Positions 1 through 10,146 of a stretch of 64,000 nt of DNA are shown here, in pieces (position 1 is the first letter of the stretch; each line of letters begins with the position of its first letter). The position numbers and the translations under genes are program-made. The notes beneath the pieces are model-generated. The model was not told the origin of the DNA and did not search any database. It worked only from the letters and a program-made list of their open reading frames with translations. This stretch comes from Mustelus asterias (taxonomy: Eukaryota), in contig NW_027590143.1 of NCBI RefSeq assembly GCF_964213995.1, positions 992,001 through 1,056,000 on the forward strand. The letters run 5' to 3'.

Positions 1-530
1 CCCCGGGGCCCCCCATTGTCCTTGTCCCGCCATAACATCGATAAGTTTATACTCACCACCTGGAGTCTTCTATTCTCCTTTCTCACTCTCCCTCTCCTCG
101 GTTGCTCTTATCCGAGTTGGGTGATACCTGTCAGGGGTGATCAGATCCCTCCGTACCACCACTTATACTATACTTTTATTAAGCCGGCTTTCACATGAAG
201 GCTTTTCCTTCAACTCCAGCGATCACTCCGACAGTTTCTTTCTCACTCACGTCTGAACATCACACCTCAGGCAACCTTTCTCCAGACCCTAACACCCATT
301 TCAAATCCTGCCCTCAGCGTGGGGGATTTCGTCTCTTAACATTCAGCCTAAGGCTAGCTGTTAGAGTCAATTGCCTCCTTGTCCATATGTGCTCAGTTCA
401 GACATCTTTCATTAGTTCAGACAGTCTCTCATCACAGATGATCATCCACTGTACTTTGACCCACTGTATTAAATTCGGTAATCTATTCCGGTGTCCCGGT
501 CGTGGCCATTCGACCGGACCCGTAATCAGA
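1..530 (-). mobile_element. Endogenous retrovirus internal leader region (possible gag start near 33), runs off the window
   Basis: Lies directly downstream (minus strand) of a PBS and LTR. An ATG at 33 (MAGQGQWGPR...) is open to the window edge but too short to confirm as gag. Confidence 0.6.
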
Positions 531-548
531 TCCCAGGTTTCGGCACCA
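531..548 (-). mobile_element. Retroviral primer binding site, tRNA-Phe
   Basis: Minus strand TGGTGCCGAAACCTGGGA is a 17/18 match to the complement of the vertebrate tRNA-Phe 3' end (TGGTGCCGAAACCCGGGA), 2 nt after the LTR terminal CA. Confidence 0.9.
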
Positions 549-550
549 AT

Positions 551-1257
551 TGTTGGAGGTAAAATAATACCTCTGAGACTAGTTTTAGAGTCAAAGTACA
601 GTGGTTTATTTGCACAATTGTGGAAGAGGTCCTCCCTAACACGGTCTCAGACTTCTTACTGAATACAGGTCAAGAGCAAACATTTATACATATATTTTCA
701 CCCCTGGTCACGTCCTTATCTTCCCATGATTATTGCTGTCTCGGCAAGTTCCGTCTTTCCCGTGTAACCGTGGCCATCCTCAAAGCTGCGAATATCTGTT
801 TTGTCGCCACCTGTGCGTTGTCTATCCATCACACAAGATTATAAGTTTGCACCAACAGGTTAAGTAAGATACAGGTGCCTATGTCGCAATTTATATCAGT
901 AATAATAGTGTGGATGAACAGCATATAATGAATATATATGAATCTATTGTTATACGATGACAGAAGGCATACATGTCAGCTCAACCGTGTTAAACAAAGG
1001 TACATAATAGAAAGGAACATAAAATGGAGTCTGCTTAGCTAATTCTGCTTAGCCACATTCCTGATACGCAATTAGCTGGGAACAGGAAGGACAGCTGTCT
1101 CTCTTATCTGGTTTGGATACATGAAAACAAATTCCACAGACATGAAAACACTGAGCCCTAACGTTAACATGAGCTCTACAGTGTTTCTCACAAAATCACA
1201 GAGTTCGTGTCTCAATGCTTCAGTGTTACAAAGTTCATTAACCCATTCCCATCTTCA
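551..1257 (-). mobile_element. 5' LTR of ERV/LTR element
   Basis: Ends in ...CCAACA just before the PBS. TATAAA at 688-683 precedes AATAAA at 610-605, in U3-R-U5 order. The TG start near 1257 is approximate, placed where CR1 sequence resumes. Confidence 0.7.
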
Positions 1258-2426
1258 TACAGGATCCCCATTGTCCACTTTAATTGTTGCATCTTCGAAG
1301 AATTCTAGCAAATTAGTCAAAATTATTTGCCCTTCGTAAAACAATGCTGACTCTAATGAATTGCCTTGTGGCATTCTAAATGTTCCGTTACTACAATCTT
1401 AATATTGGATTCTAACAATTTTCCAAAGACAGATCTCAAACTAGTAGGTGTCTAGTTTGATACCTTCTGCCTCCCTCTCTTTTTGAATATCGGCTTTATA
1501 TTATCATTTATTCCAACCCACGGGAACATTTCACGCATCCAGGACATTTTGGATTATTATAACCAATGTACCCACTATCCCCACTACCAGTTCCTTTAAG
1601 ACAATAAGATATTAGCCATCTGGCTCTGGGAACTTGACTACCTTCAATCTCAATTGTTCAATCAACACGTTTTCCCTATTGATCGTGATTGTTCGAAATC
1701 CCTTCCTTTCTATTACCTCTGCATTATCTGTTACTATTGTGATGGTACTCGTGTTGTCCAGCGTGAAAACTGAGGCAAAATATCGATTATGCGTTTCCAC
1801 CTTTTCTGTTCTCCCCACTGTTAACTCCCCAGTGGAATACTCCAAGTGTCCAGCAATCACCTTAGCTCACTCCTCACTTTTAGATCCTTACAAATGCCCT
1901 TGCCTCACGTTCTTTTAACGCTGTGCGAGTTTTCTTTCACAATTTAACATTGATCTTTTTCTTACTTTTTAGTAACCATTTGTTGATCTTTAAAAGTTTC
2001 TCAATCTTCCAGTCTGCCACTGGCCCTTGCAATATAGTATGCATTAGATACTCTCCTTATGCTGTCTTTAACTTCCTTGCTTAGCCATGGATGTTTCTTC
2101 CCCTCTTACAATCTTTCTTCGTCTCACCAATGTATTTTAGCTGGGAGGAATTGTTTGCCTCCTTCAGCATTTGCCACTGATCATCAACTGTCTTACCTTT
2201 CAGTCTGCTTGCCCAGTCCACTCGGGCCAATTCTGTCCATATGCCTACGTAAATCCCTATGTTTAACACTAGAAGTCTAGTGTGGGACTTGAGTTTCTCG
2301 TCCTCACACTGAATTTGGAATTAAATCATGCTAAGATCATTCTTCGCTCGAGGATGCTTAACTATGAGATCATTAATTAATCCCTGCTCATTACATAATA
2401 CCAAATCCGGAATCTTCTGCTCTCTA
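1258..2426 (-). mobile_element. CR1 LINE ORF2 fragment (degenerate)
   Basis: Translated remnants NRYFASVFT, LKVVKFPEPDG (cf. LKVDKSPGPDG), DWASRLKGKTVDDQWQ and PDLVLCNEQGLINDL, with frameshifts and stops. Confidence 0.8.
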
Positions 2427-3688
2427 TAATAATAGCAAAGTACTGCAAATGCAGGAATCTGAAAGAAAAACAGAAAATGCTGAAAACTCTCAGCAGGTCT
2501 GGTAGCATCTGTGGAGAGAGAATCGAGCCAACATTTAGAGTCAGGATGACCCTTCCTCAGAGCTGAAGACAAGGAAACCGAGACAAGATTTGTACTGGGA
2601 GGGTGGGTTTGTTTTCTGGTGGTGGCGGGGGGGGGGGGGGGGGTATGTACTTGAAACGAATGGCATAGAGAGAATAACAACGTGAATGTAAATGTGATGA
2701 TAAAGGCTGAGAATGGTGCTGAGAGTGTCCATTAAGAGATTGCGATGGATAAATGGCAAAACAGAGATTGCAGAGTATGTGAATGCAACTGTTGTCCCTA
2801 TTGGGATGGGGAGGATGGGTTTGGGGGAGAGATGAAGCAGGGTTGAAAACGAGATTTCAGAAGTTGAAAACTAAAAATAAGAAAATAAAGTAATAAAAAT
2901 GGACGAGTATGATGAAAAGAAGAAATTAGATAATATAAATGGAAAGGGAGTGGAGGTGGAGGCGAAAGGTCATGCTCTGAATTTGTGGAACTCAATGTTC
3001 AGTCCCAGAAGTCTGTAAAGTGCCTCATCTGAAGATGCGATGCTGTTCGTCCAGTTTCCATTGGGCTTCACTGGAATTTTGCAAAACAAAGAAATGACCT
3101 GTGGAGAGGCAACCAGGATGGTGTGTTCAAATGATAAGCGACAGAAAGGTCTGGGTCCTGCTTGCAGATTGACCATAGGTATTCTGCAAAGCGTTCAACC
3201 AGTCTGCATTTGACTCTCCAATGTAGATTAGATCGCATCGGGAGCAGCGAATGCCATGGACCAGATTAAAGGAAGTGCATATGAAGCGTTGCTTCACCTG
3301 AAAAGAATGTTTGGGCCCTGGGATGCCGAGGAGGGAGCAGGTGAAGGGGCAGGCGCAGCATCTTCTACGATTGCCATTGGCGATAGGTGAGTTGTTAGGT
3401 GTGATGAAGAAGTGGACACGGGTGTCCCGGAGGCAACGGTGCCTGTGGAGTGCTGACAGGGAGAGTGACGGGAAGATAGCTTGAATGGTGGCGTCATGCT
3501 GGAGTTGGCAAACATGGCGGACGATAATTCTTTTAATGAGGAGGTTGATGAGCTGAAAAGCGAAGGCAAAGGGGACAATATCCTGGTCCTGGGAGGGAGG
3601 AGAGAGGCTGAGAGCAGTAGCCCTGGAGATGAGTCGGACATGGCTAAGAGCCCTGTCCACCACAGAGGGTGGAAATCCACGATTGGAA
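2427..3688 (-). mobile_element. Penelope-like element fragment (GIY-YIG endonuclease end) inserted into CR1
   Basis: ORF 3127..3726 contains RGFPPSVVDRAL and FICTSFNLVHGIRCSRCDLIYIGE (GIY-YIG region). Flanked by the 9-bp direct repeat TGCTCTCTA at 2418-2426 and 3689-3697. Confidence 0.8.
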
Positions 3689-4350
3689 TGCTCTCTAATT
3701 GGTTCCACAACATATTGTTGCAGCAAACAATCCCTAATGCATTCTGTGAACTCTCCCTCGGGGCTAGCCTTGCCAATTTGTTAAATCCAATGTATATGCA
3801 TATTAAAATAATCCATAATTATTGCAATACCTTTCTCACAAGCCCCCAAAATTTCCTTATTTCTCCTGTGCCCAACTACAGACCGACTGTTTGGGGACAT
3901 ATACATTATTCCACCATCTCATTTTCCTTTCTGTCTATCCGTCTGAAGTATTGAGCGCCCTTGGATCTTCAATTCCAAAATCTGGTTTTCATTGCAACCA
4001 CACTTCAGAAATCACTACTAAGTCATGTCCATTTGTCTCTAATTGTGCTGTTAACTCATTAATTTTATTCAGAATGTTTCATGCATTCAAAGATACAAAG
4101 CCCTGAAGTTTGTTCTGTTTTCAAATTTCCCTATTCTTGCACGATTTGGTGCAATATGATGTTCACATGTTCTGTGCCTTCATGTTCGCTCACCTGCAGT
4201 CCAACCTTCTCCTTCATCGTCGATTTTTAAAAATTTTTCATGCAACAGGTCCTTGTCTCCCCCTGCCCCATTATTCAGTTAAATGCCATATCTGCAGCCC
4301 TCGCTATGTGATTTGCCAAGACGCTGGTTCCAGCATGATTCAGGATGAGT
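3689..4350 (-). mobile_element. CR1 LINE endonuclease-domain fragment (continuation of 1258-2426)
   Basis: LQQYVVEPIRE (3726-3694) continues into QKIPDLVLCNE on the other side of the Penelope insertion. Upstream boundary approximate. Confidence 0.65.
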
Positions 4351-4399
4351 TGGTACCAATGTAACAGTTTCCTCCTGCGGTACTGGGGTGTTAATGCTC

Positions 4400-4980
4400 T
4401 CGAGTCATGGAGCTTTACAGCGTTGAAAAAAGGCCCTTCGGCCCATCTTGTCCATGCCATCCAGGTTTTACCACTAAGCTAGTCCCAATTGCCCGCATTT
4501 GGCCCATATCCCTCTATACGCATCTTACCCATGGAAGTGTCTAAATGCTTTTTAAAAGTAAAAATTGTCCCCGCCTCCACTACTACCTCTGGCTGATCTT
4601 TCCAGACACTCACCAGCCTCTGAGTGAGAAAAATGCACTCTGGACTATTTTGCAGTTTGAAAAACAACCCTTTCCAACCACCCCCTGTCTTCTCTCATCA
4701 AGCCAATTTTGCATCCAATTGGCTACTTCGCCGTGGATCCCGTGAGATTGAACCTTATGCAGCAATGCACCATGTGGTACCATGTTAAAGTCCATGTAGA
4801 CAACATCCACTGCACTGTCCTCATCTACCATCTTGGTTACTCCTTCAAAAAATTCAATCAATTTCGTGAGATATGATTTTCCACTCACAAAGCCATGGTA
4901 ACTGTCCCTTATTAGTCCGTGCTTTCTAAATGCCTGTAGATCCTGTCTCTCAGAATACCTTCTAACAGTTTACTCACTGC
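4400..4980 (-). mobile_element. CR1/HER1 LINE, internally deleted RT fragment fused to 3' end
   Basis: KSYLTKLIEFFEGVTKMVDEDSAVDVVYMDF...PHGALLHKV (RT N-terminal part) is joined directly to the C-terminal VVEAGTIFTFKKHLD...EGYGPNAGNWD and the 3' tail. Confidence 0.8.
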
Positions 4981-4984
4981 AGAC

Positions 4985-5158
4985 CTCACCATTTTAAGGT
5001 TTTTGTACAGCTCTCTCTGTGTTCTGTATCACTATGTCTGTGATTTTCACCATGTTCATTTTTTTGTACAGCTCTTTCTGTGTTCTGTATCACTGTGTCT
5101 GTAATACTCACCATGTCCAGGTTTTTGTACAGCTCTCTCCATGTTCTGTATCACTGTG
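4985..5158 (-). repeat. 61-bp tandem repeat x3, each unit carrying a 23-bp-spacer RSS
   Basis: Nonamers at 4998, 5059 and 5120; heptamers at 5030, 5091 and 5152; period exactly 61 bp. Confidence 0.95.
5120..5158 (-). other. 23-RSS of supporting TCR-delta V
   Basis: Perfect CACAGTG (5158-5152), 23-nt spacer, perfect ACAAAAACC (5128-5120), directly after YYCALSQST. Confidence 0.97.
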
Positions 5159-5464
5159 CTGTGCTCTGACTCAGTGCACAGTAATACACAGCGGAATCGC
5201 TCAGTTCCAGTTTGGAGATCTTTAACCAGCTGATTTTCTCGGCAGAATCGATAGAAGCAGAAATTCTCCCCCCGGCAGCATTTTCTTTATTCTCCTCTCC
5301 TGAAGTGTGTGTCTGAAGCAGGTATTTCAGAGCCTGCCCTGGGGGCTGACTGTACCAGTGTACTGTGTACTGACAGAGACCTGAATGTTCACAGCTTAAA
5401 GCAACCGTGTCACCAGCAGCAGAGGTTTGGAGAGGCGGATTTTTCGACACCAGGGAACTAGAAT
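5159..5464 (-). CDS. Supporting TCR-delta V exon of NAR-TCR (leaderless V segment)
   Basis: Acceptor tttttttatcctccag at 5465. Translation (D)SSSLVSKNPPLQTSAAGDTVALSCEHSGLCQYTVHWYSQPPGQALKYLL...DSAVYYCALSQST has the canonical C, W and YYC plus an extra CDR1 Cys. No leader exon found; splices in frame from the J donor (G+AT=Asp). Confidence 0.92.
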
Positions 5465-6967
5465 CTGGAGGATAAAAAAAGAAACAGCGTTTTCTTCTGT
5501 GGTTCAGTCACTGTTTACCAGGGGAATGTGTCAATTGCGGGAGTAGCTCAGTTTTATTCGGTGTTATTATCACTTTAAATCTGATGGAACTGTATTCACT
5601 GTTATTATTATTGTAAACCAGTGGAAAATGAGGTTTTCTTTACACAACAAGATCCAACGGTCTGGAATGCAATGTCGGAATAGATGGTGGGAGCTGAATC
5701 AACAGTGACAAACACACGGGAATAGTCAAGCGCCGGAACAGGAATAAAACAGGGTTATGGGGAAAATTCATGACTAAGGGGAAGAACTGCATTTCACTTA
5801 TAAAGGGCTGCATCTACTCGAGGGGCCGAATGTCACCCTTTTGCACTCTATGATTCAATGATGTATGTTACATTTCACTTTCTATTTCCCTTCCTAAGAG
5901 ACAAACACGAGGGAACATTTTATTATCAGTGAGGCAATCCGTTCCAAGTGACTAACCCAGCTGCGTTACGTCGTAGCGCACAGCAAGATCCAACAGGGAA
6001 TGACTGTGATCCATCAGCTCCAATGGGAATAGTTTAACTAATCTCTTCAGTGTTTTTGGACATTAGAAATAAAGTATAGGTTTAAGTCAGTTTAGTTTAA
6101 TATTTCAGTATAAAAAGGGTAAAACTCCAGTTATATTAATTTCAAACAAACGTGTTTTCGTGTGTGGGGGATTTAGTTTCATTTTAAATTATGCCTCTTT
6201 TGACGGTGGAAAATGAGGAAAGTGATTGGTTATATGGAGGATGTTTAGAGGAATGTCAGGTACAATTTCACTAATTTCAGTAACTGATTTCTCTATTGAA
6301 AAATACAATCTGGAACTAAACAGAGTCTCTAATGTCTGAAGTCCGTTGTCTCTTTTATTCTATTTGTCTCCCGGGACAGTTATTGGATGAACTGCTGCGG
6401 TTAAATGAACTGTCCGCGGTGGCATTGATCTCATTCAACCGGTAGCTTCTTCATATTACACGGCAGGGACTTCAGTCTACTGCCCAGGAGAGAGCTCTGC
6501 GATCCCAGTGCCGGGCTGTTCGAGACAGGCAGATCTCCTTCGGTCACAATTAACACCGAAGGTGGATTCCAGAGTGCCGATAATTTGTTATAAACTATCA
6601 GGATTGTGAAAGCCCTTGATATGGATGTTAACCCCGATGTGCCCGTTAAACTAATAATGACCCAAATACTGTCAACCCTCACATCACAGCCCATCCACCC
6701 CCCACCCCTCCACTTCCATCCCCACAACCACCACTATCCCTACAGCGCTGACCGCCTTCTGCATCAGGTCTCACACTCGCTTTCCCCAGGGCTGACCTGG
6801 ATCGACTCCTAAATCACGTCCTGCTCCCAAATCAAAATCTGTAACGGATCTGTAAACAGATCCTTATCCGTATCCATTGGACTGAAACGATACAGATCAC
6901 GATAATAAAATGACGGTGAACGTTAAACGAGACATTTTGTAACACGGCGGGGTTTGGAGTCACTTAC

Positions 6968-7019
6968 CGGCTGTGACAGTCACCACCGTCCCTGAGCCAT
7001 CGGCATCATACCATTTGTA
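6968..7019 (-). CDS. NAR-TCR J segment
   Basis: YKWYDADGSGTVVTVTA followed by G|GTAAGT donor (phase 1). The xGxGT motif lacks W/F, as in IgNAR-type J segments. Confidence 0.93.
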
Positions 7020-7057
7020 CACAGTGATACCGATCTCAGTCTCCCCGTACAAGAACT
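7020..7057 (+). other. 22-bp-spacer RSS 5' of J
   Basis: CACAGTG (7020-7026) + 22 nt + ACAAGAACT (7049-7057). Confidence 0.92.
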
Positions 7058-7368
7058 ACCGACTACTCAACTTGACGGGAAATCATCACAGTCATTTGGA
7101 AGTTCCCAATTATTCGGGGGATTTAAATCAATAAATATTATTCAATGTTTTGAAGTCTCTGTCGGTTCAAACTGTTCTTTTTGAGGCCCCGCGTTCTCAG
7201 TAAATATCCCCAGGGAGGAGATAGTCGCTTCATATTAACTGAGAAAAATATCAAAGAAAGATGTGAGTGATGGAAAGTGCAATGTAATTAATCCAGATTG
7301 CAGCGCTAATAACATCAATCCATAATTCTCTCTCTGGGCCCTGCGAATGTATATTGTAATTGTGCACA

Positions 7369-7396
7369 GGTATTTGCTCAGCTTCTTTTTACTGTG
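7369..7396 (-). other. 12-RSS on 3' side of D
   Basis: CACAGTA (7396-7390) + 12 nt + GCAAATACC (7377-7369). Confidence 0.85.
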
Positions 7397-7413
7397 ACTC
7401 TCCTCACCATTTA
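7397..7413 (-). other. NAR-TCR D segment (17 nt, TAAATGGTGAGGAGAGT)
   Basis: Flanked by two outward-facing 12-RSSs and located between V and J. Confidence 0.88.
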
Positions 7414-7441
7414 CACAGTGTTATAATTTAGCATCAAAACC
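7414..7441 (+). other. 12-RSS on 5' side of D
   Basis: CACAGTG (7414-7420) + 12 nt + ATCAAAACC (7433-7441). Confidence 0.88.
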
Positions 7442-7767
7442 CCAGATACTGTGTGAGATGTAGGGACATTAATTAAACAGCGGGGACTGCGGTTCCCAGT
7501 TCCAGCTGAGAGACGATGATCCCATCTTTTGTTTGGGTTTGTAACTGGGATCAGTCATTTCCATTCTTCATTCATCAACGCCAATCCCGGGAAAGATATC
7601 AGCTTCCGCACACACTCCATGTTTATAACACTCAGAATGTTAACGGTAATAATCAAATCCTCATTATAAACTTGACTGTGGGATTGACGGTGTGCGATGG
7701 AACTGTGCGGGTGTCAGGGAAGATTAACTTCGCTTTCTCATTTGTTTATGTGAAAATCTTCAGTGAG

Positions 7768-7805
7768 AGTTTTAGTATGGCGGGAAGCCGAGACCCATCA
7801 CTGTG
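7768..7805 (-). other. 22-bp-spacer RSS of NAR-TCR V
   Basis: CACAGTG (7805-7799) + 22 nt + ACTAAAACT (7776-7768). Confidence 0.92.
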
Positions 7806-8094
7806 TTGTCGCCTTTGTAATGAGCTTTACAGTAATAGGTGGCGGCGTCTTCAACTCTCACATCCCGAATTTCCAACGAAAATGTCTTTTCTGCTTTATT
7901 CACCGACTCAACAAATCTCCCTCCGCCGGAGACCCGCTCCCGCTCTGTCCCAGCCTGTGTTTGTCTGAAGAATTCCGCCCTCTCCAAAGCACGAGCGTAG
8001 AATCCACCATAGAAAACACAGGTGATGGTGAGGGACTGACACTCCTTTCTGGTCACCGCTGCCGGGCTCTGTACCACTGACTGACTGAAAGATC
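7806..8094 (-). CDS. NAR-TCR V exon (IgNAR-like V domain)
   Basis: Acceptor tgtgtttaatttccag at 8095. Translation SFSQSVVQSPAAVTRKECQSLTITC...ERERVSGGGRFVESVNKAEKTFSLEIRDVRVEDAATYYCKAHYKGD shows the VNAR hallmarks (short CDR2 region, GGRxVESVNK, YxCKA) plus an extra FR1 Cys. Confidence 0.93.
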
Positions 8095-8242
8095 CTGGAA
8101 ATTAAACACAGAGAGTTTAAAGGCCCATCAGAGCTGAACCACACAACGGGGCTAAAACTCCAGACAATGTCTGTAATTGGGATGGACTGGGGCAGCTTTA
8201 TATTCAATCCACACAATGTAGTTTAGTGTGATCAGTACTCAC

Positions 8243-8285
8243 TGGCTAAATAGACACACAGGCTGAAAACAAGAAGAATGCCCAT
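8243..8285 (-). CDS. Leader (signal peptide) exon of NAR-TCR V
   Basis: MGILLVFSLCVYLA + A|GTGAGT donor; 148-bp intron; joins the V exon in frame (A+GA=Arg). Confidence 0.92.
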
Positions 8286-8400
8286 CGCTCTGCTGCCCGG
8301 AGCTGATGGTTTATATGACGGGGAGCTGGAGACTGCAGAGCTGGACTCCTCTGGGACACTGGATCTCAGAGCTGAACTGAAAGACATCAGGCCCGAACGT

Positions 8401-8420
8401 CGTCAATTTAGGCCACGCCC
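8401..8420 (-). promoter_or_regulatory. Putative V-gene promoter elements (GC/GT box and CRE half-site)
   Basis: GGGCGTGGCC at 8420-8411 and TGACG at 8405-8401, 115-135 bp upstream of the leader ATG. Motif match only. Confidence 0.4.
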
Positions 8421-8720
8421 ATTGTTTAAAATAAATCTCGAGAATCTAAAGGTAGCGGGAAGCTGTGAACATTCAGTCGAGGTTCCATAGTTATCGCTGC
8501 CTCGGAGCTCCCGACCCCAGAATCTCGTCCCGCGACCCCTCTGGCTGTTGCCACCCAGAGTTTGGGAATGTCCCTCTTTGTCAAAAGCAAGTAAGATTCT
8601 TATTCTTTTATTTTTTTTCAGTGTCCTAGTGCAGAGATGGCAGTTAGGGCCGTGATATGTTTCTCCTGCTCGATGTGGGAGATCAGGGAACTTCCTAGTG
8701 TCCCTGGCGGCTATATTTGG

Positions 8721-10096
8721 AACACAGCGATCGACACTGACCCACACACACAAATAGTGGTACACCCTGACCCACACACACACAGTGACACACACTGACA
8801 GACACACACACACAGTGATACACATTGACCCACACACACAAAGCGATGCACCCTGACACACAGGCACACACACCTACACACACAGACACACACGCACAGT
8901 GATCCACGCTGACCCACACACACACACACAGTGATACATACTGACACACACACAGTGATTCACACTGGCCCACACACACACAGTGATATTCACTGACCCA
9001 CACACACACACACTGTGATGCACACTGACACACACACACACACACAGTGATACACACTGACCCACACACACACAGTGATACACGCTGCCACCCCCACACA
9101 CACACAGTGACACACGCACACACACAGTGATACTCACTGACACACACACACACTGTGATGCACAATGACCCCCACACACAGAGTGATACACACTGACACA
9201 CACACAAACACACACACAAACTGATACACACTGACACACACACACACAGTGATACGCACTGACAAGCAGTCACAAAGTGATGCACACTGACCTACACGTG
9301 CACAGTGATACAGACTGACTCATGCACACACAGTGATGCACACTGACCCATACACACACAGTGATACTCACTGGCCCACACACACACACACAGTGATACA
9401 CACTGACACACACACACAATGATACACACAGACCCGCACACACACAGTGTTACACACTGACACACACACACACAGTGATACACACTGACCCACACACACA
9501 CAGTGATACACAATGACCCACACACACAAAGCGATGCACCCTGACACACAGGCACACACACCTACACACACAGACACACACGCACAGTGATCCACGCTGA
9601 CCCACACACACACACAGTGATACATACTGACACACACACAGTGATTCACACTGGCCCACACACACACAGTGATATTCACTGACCCGCACACACACACTGT
9701 GATGCACACTGACACACACACACACACACAGTGATACACACTGGCACACACACACACACACAGTGATACACACTGACCCCCACACACACACACAGTGATA
9801 CACGCTGCCACCCCCACACACACACACACAGTGACACACGCACACACACAGTGATACTCACTGACACACACACACACTGTGATGCACAATGACCCTCACT
9901 CACAGAGTGATACACACTGACACACACACAAACACACACACAAACTGATACACACTGACACACACACACACAGTGATACGCACTGACAAGCAGTCACAAA
10001 GTGATGCACACTGACCTACACGTGCACAGTGATACAGACTGACTCATGCACACACAGTGATGAACACTGACCCATACACACACAGTGATACACACT

Positions 10097-10146
<50 letters not shown>

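Noticed and set aside
5519-5580. Possible leader exon for the supporting V (G|GTAAAC at 5518)
   Set aside because: No ATG or hydrophobic signal peptide, and the implied intron is only 54 nt.
7447-7680. Extra heptamer-like sites (TACTGTG 7447, GACTGTG 7674) as additional D segments
   Set aside because: No nonamer-like sequence found at the expected spacing and no paired RSS.
8310-8315. TATAAA upstream of the leader exon
   Set aside because: It lies only ~25-30 nt from the ATG, which would leave essentially no 5' UTR, so it cannot be supported as the TATA box.
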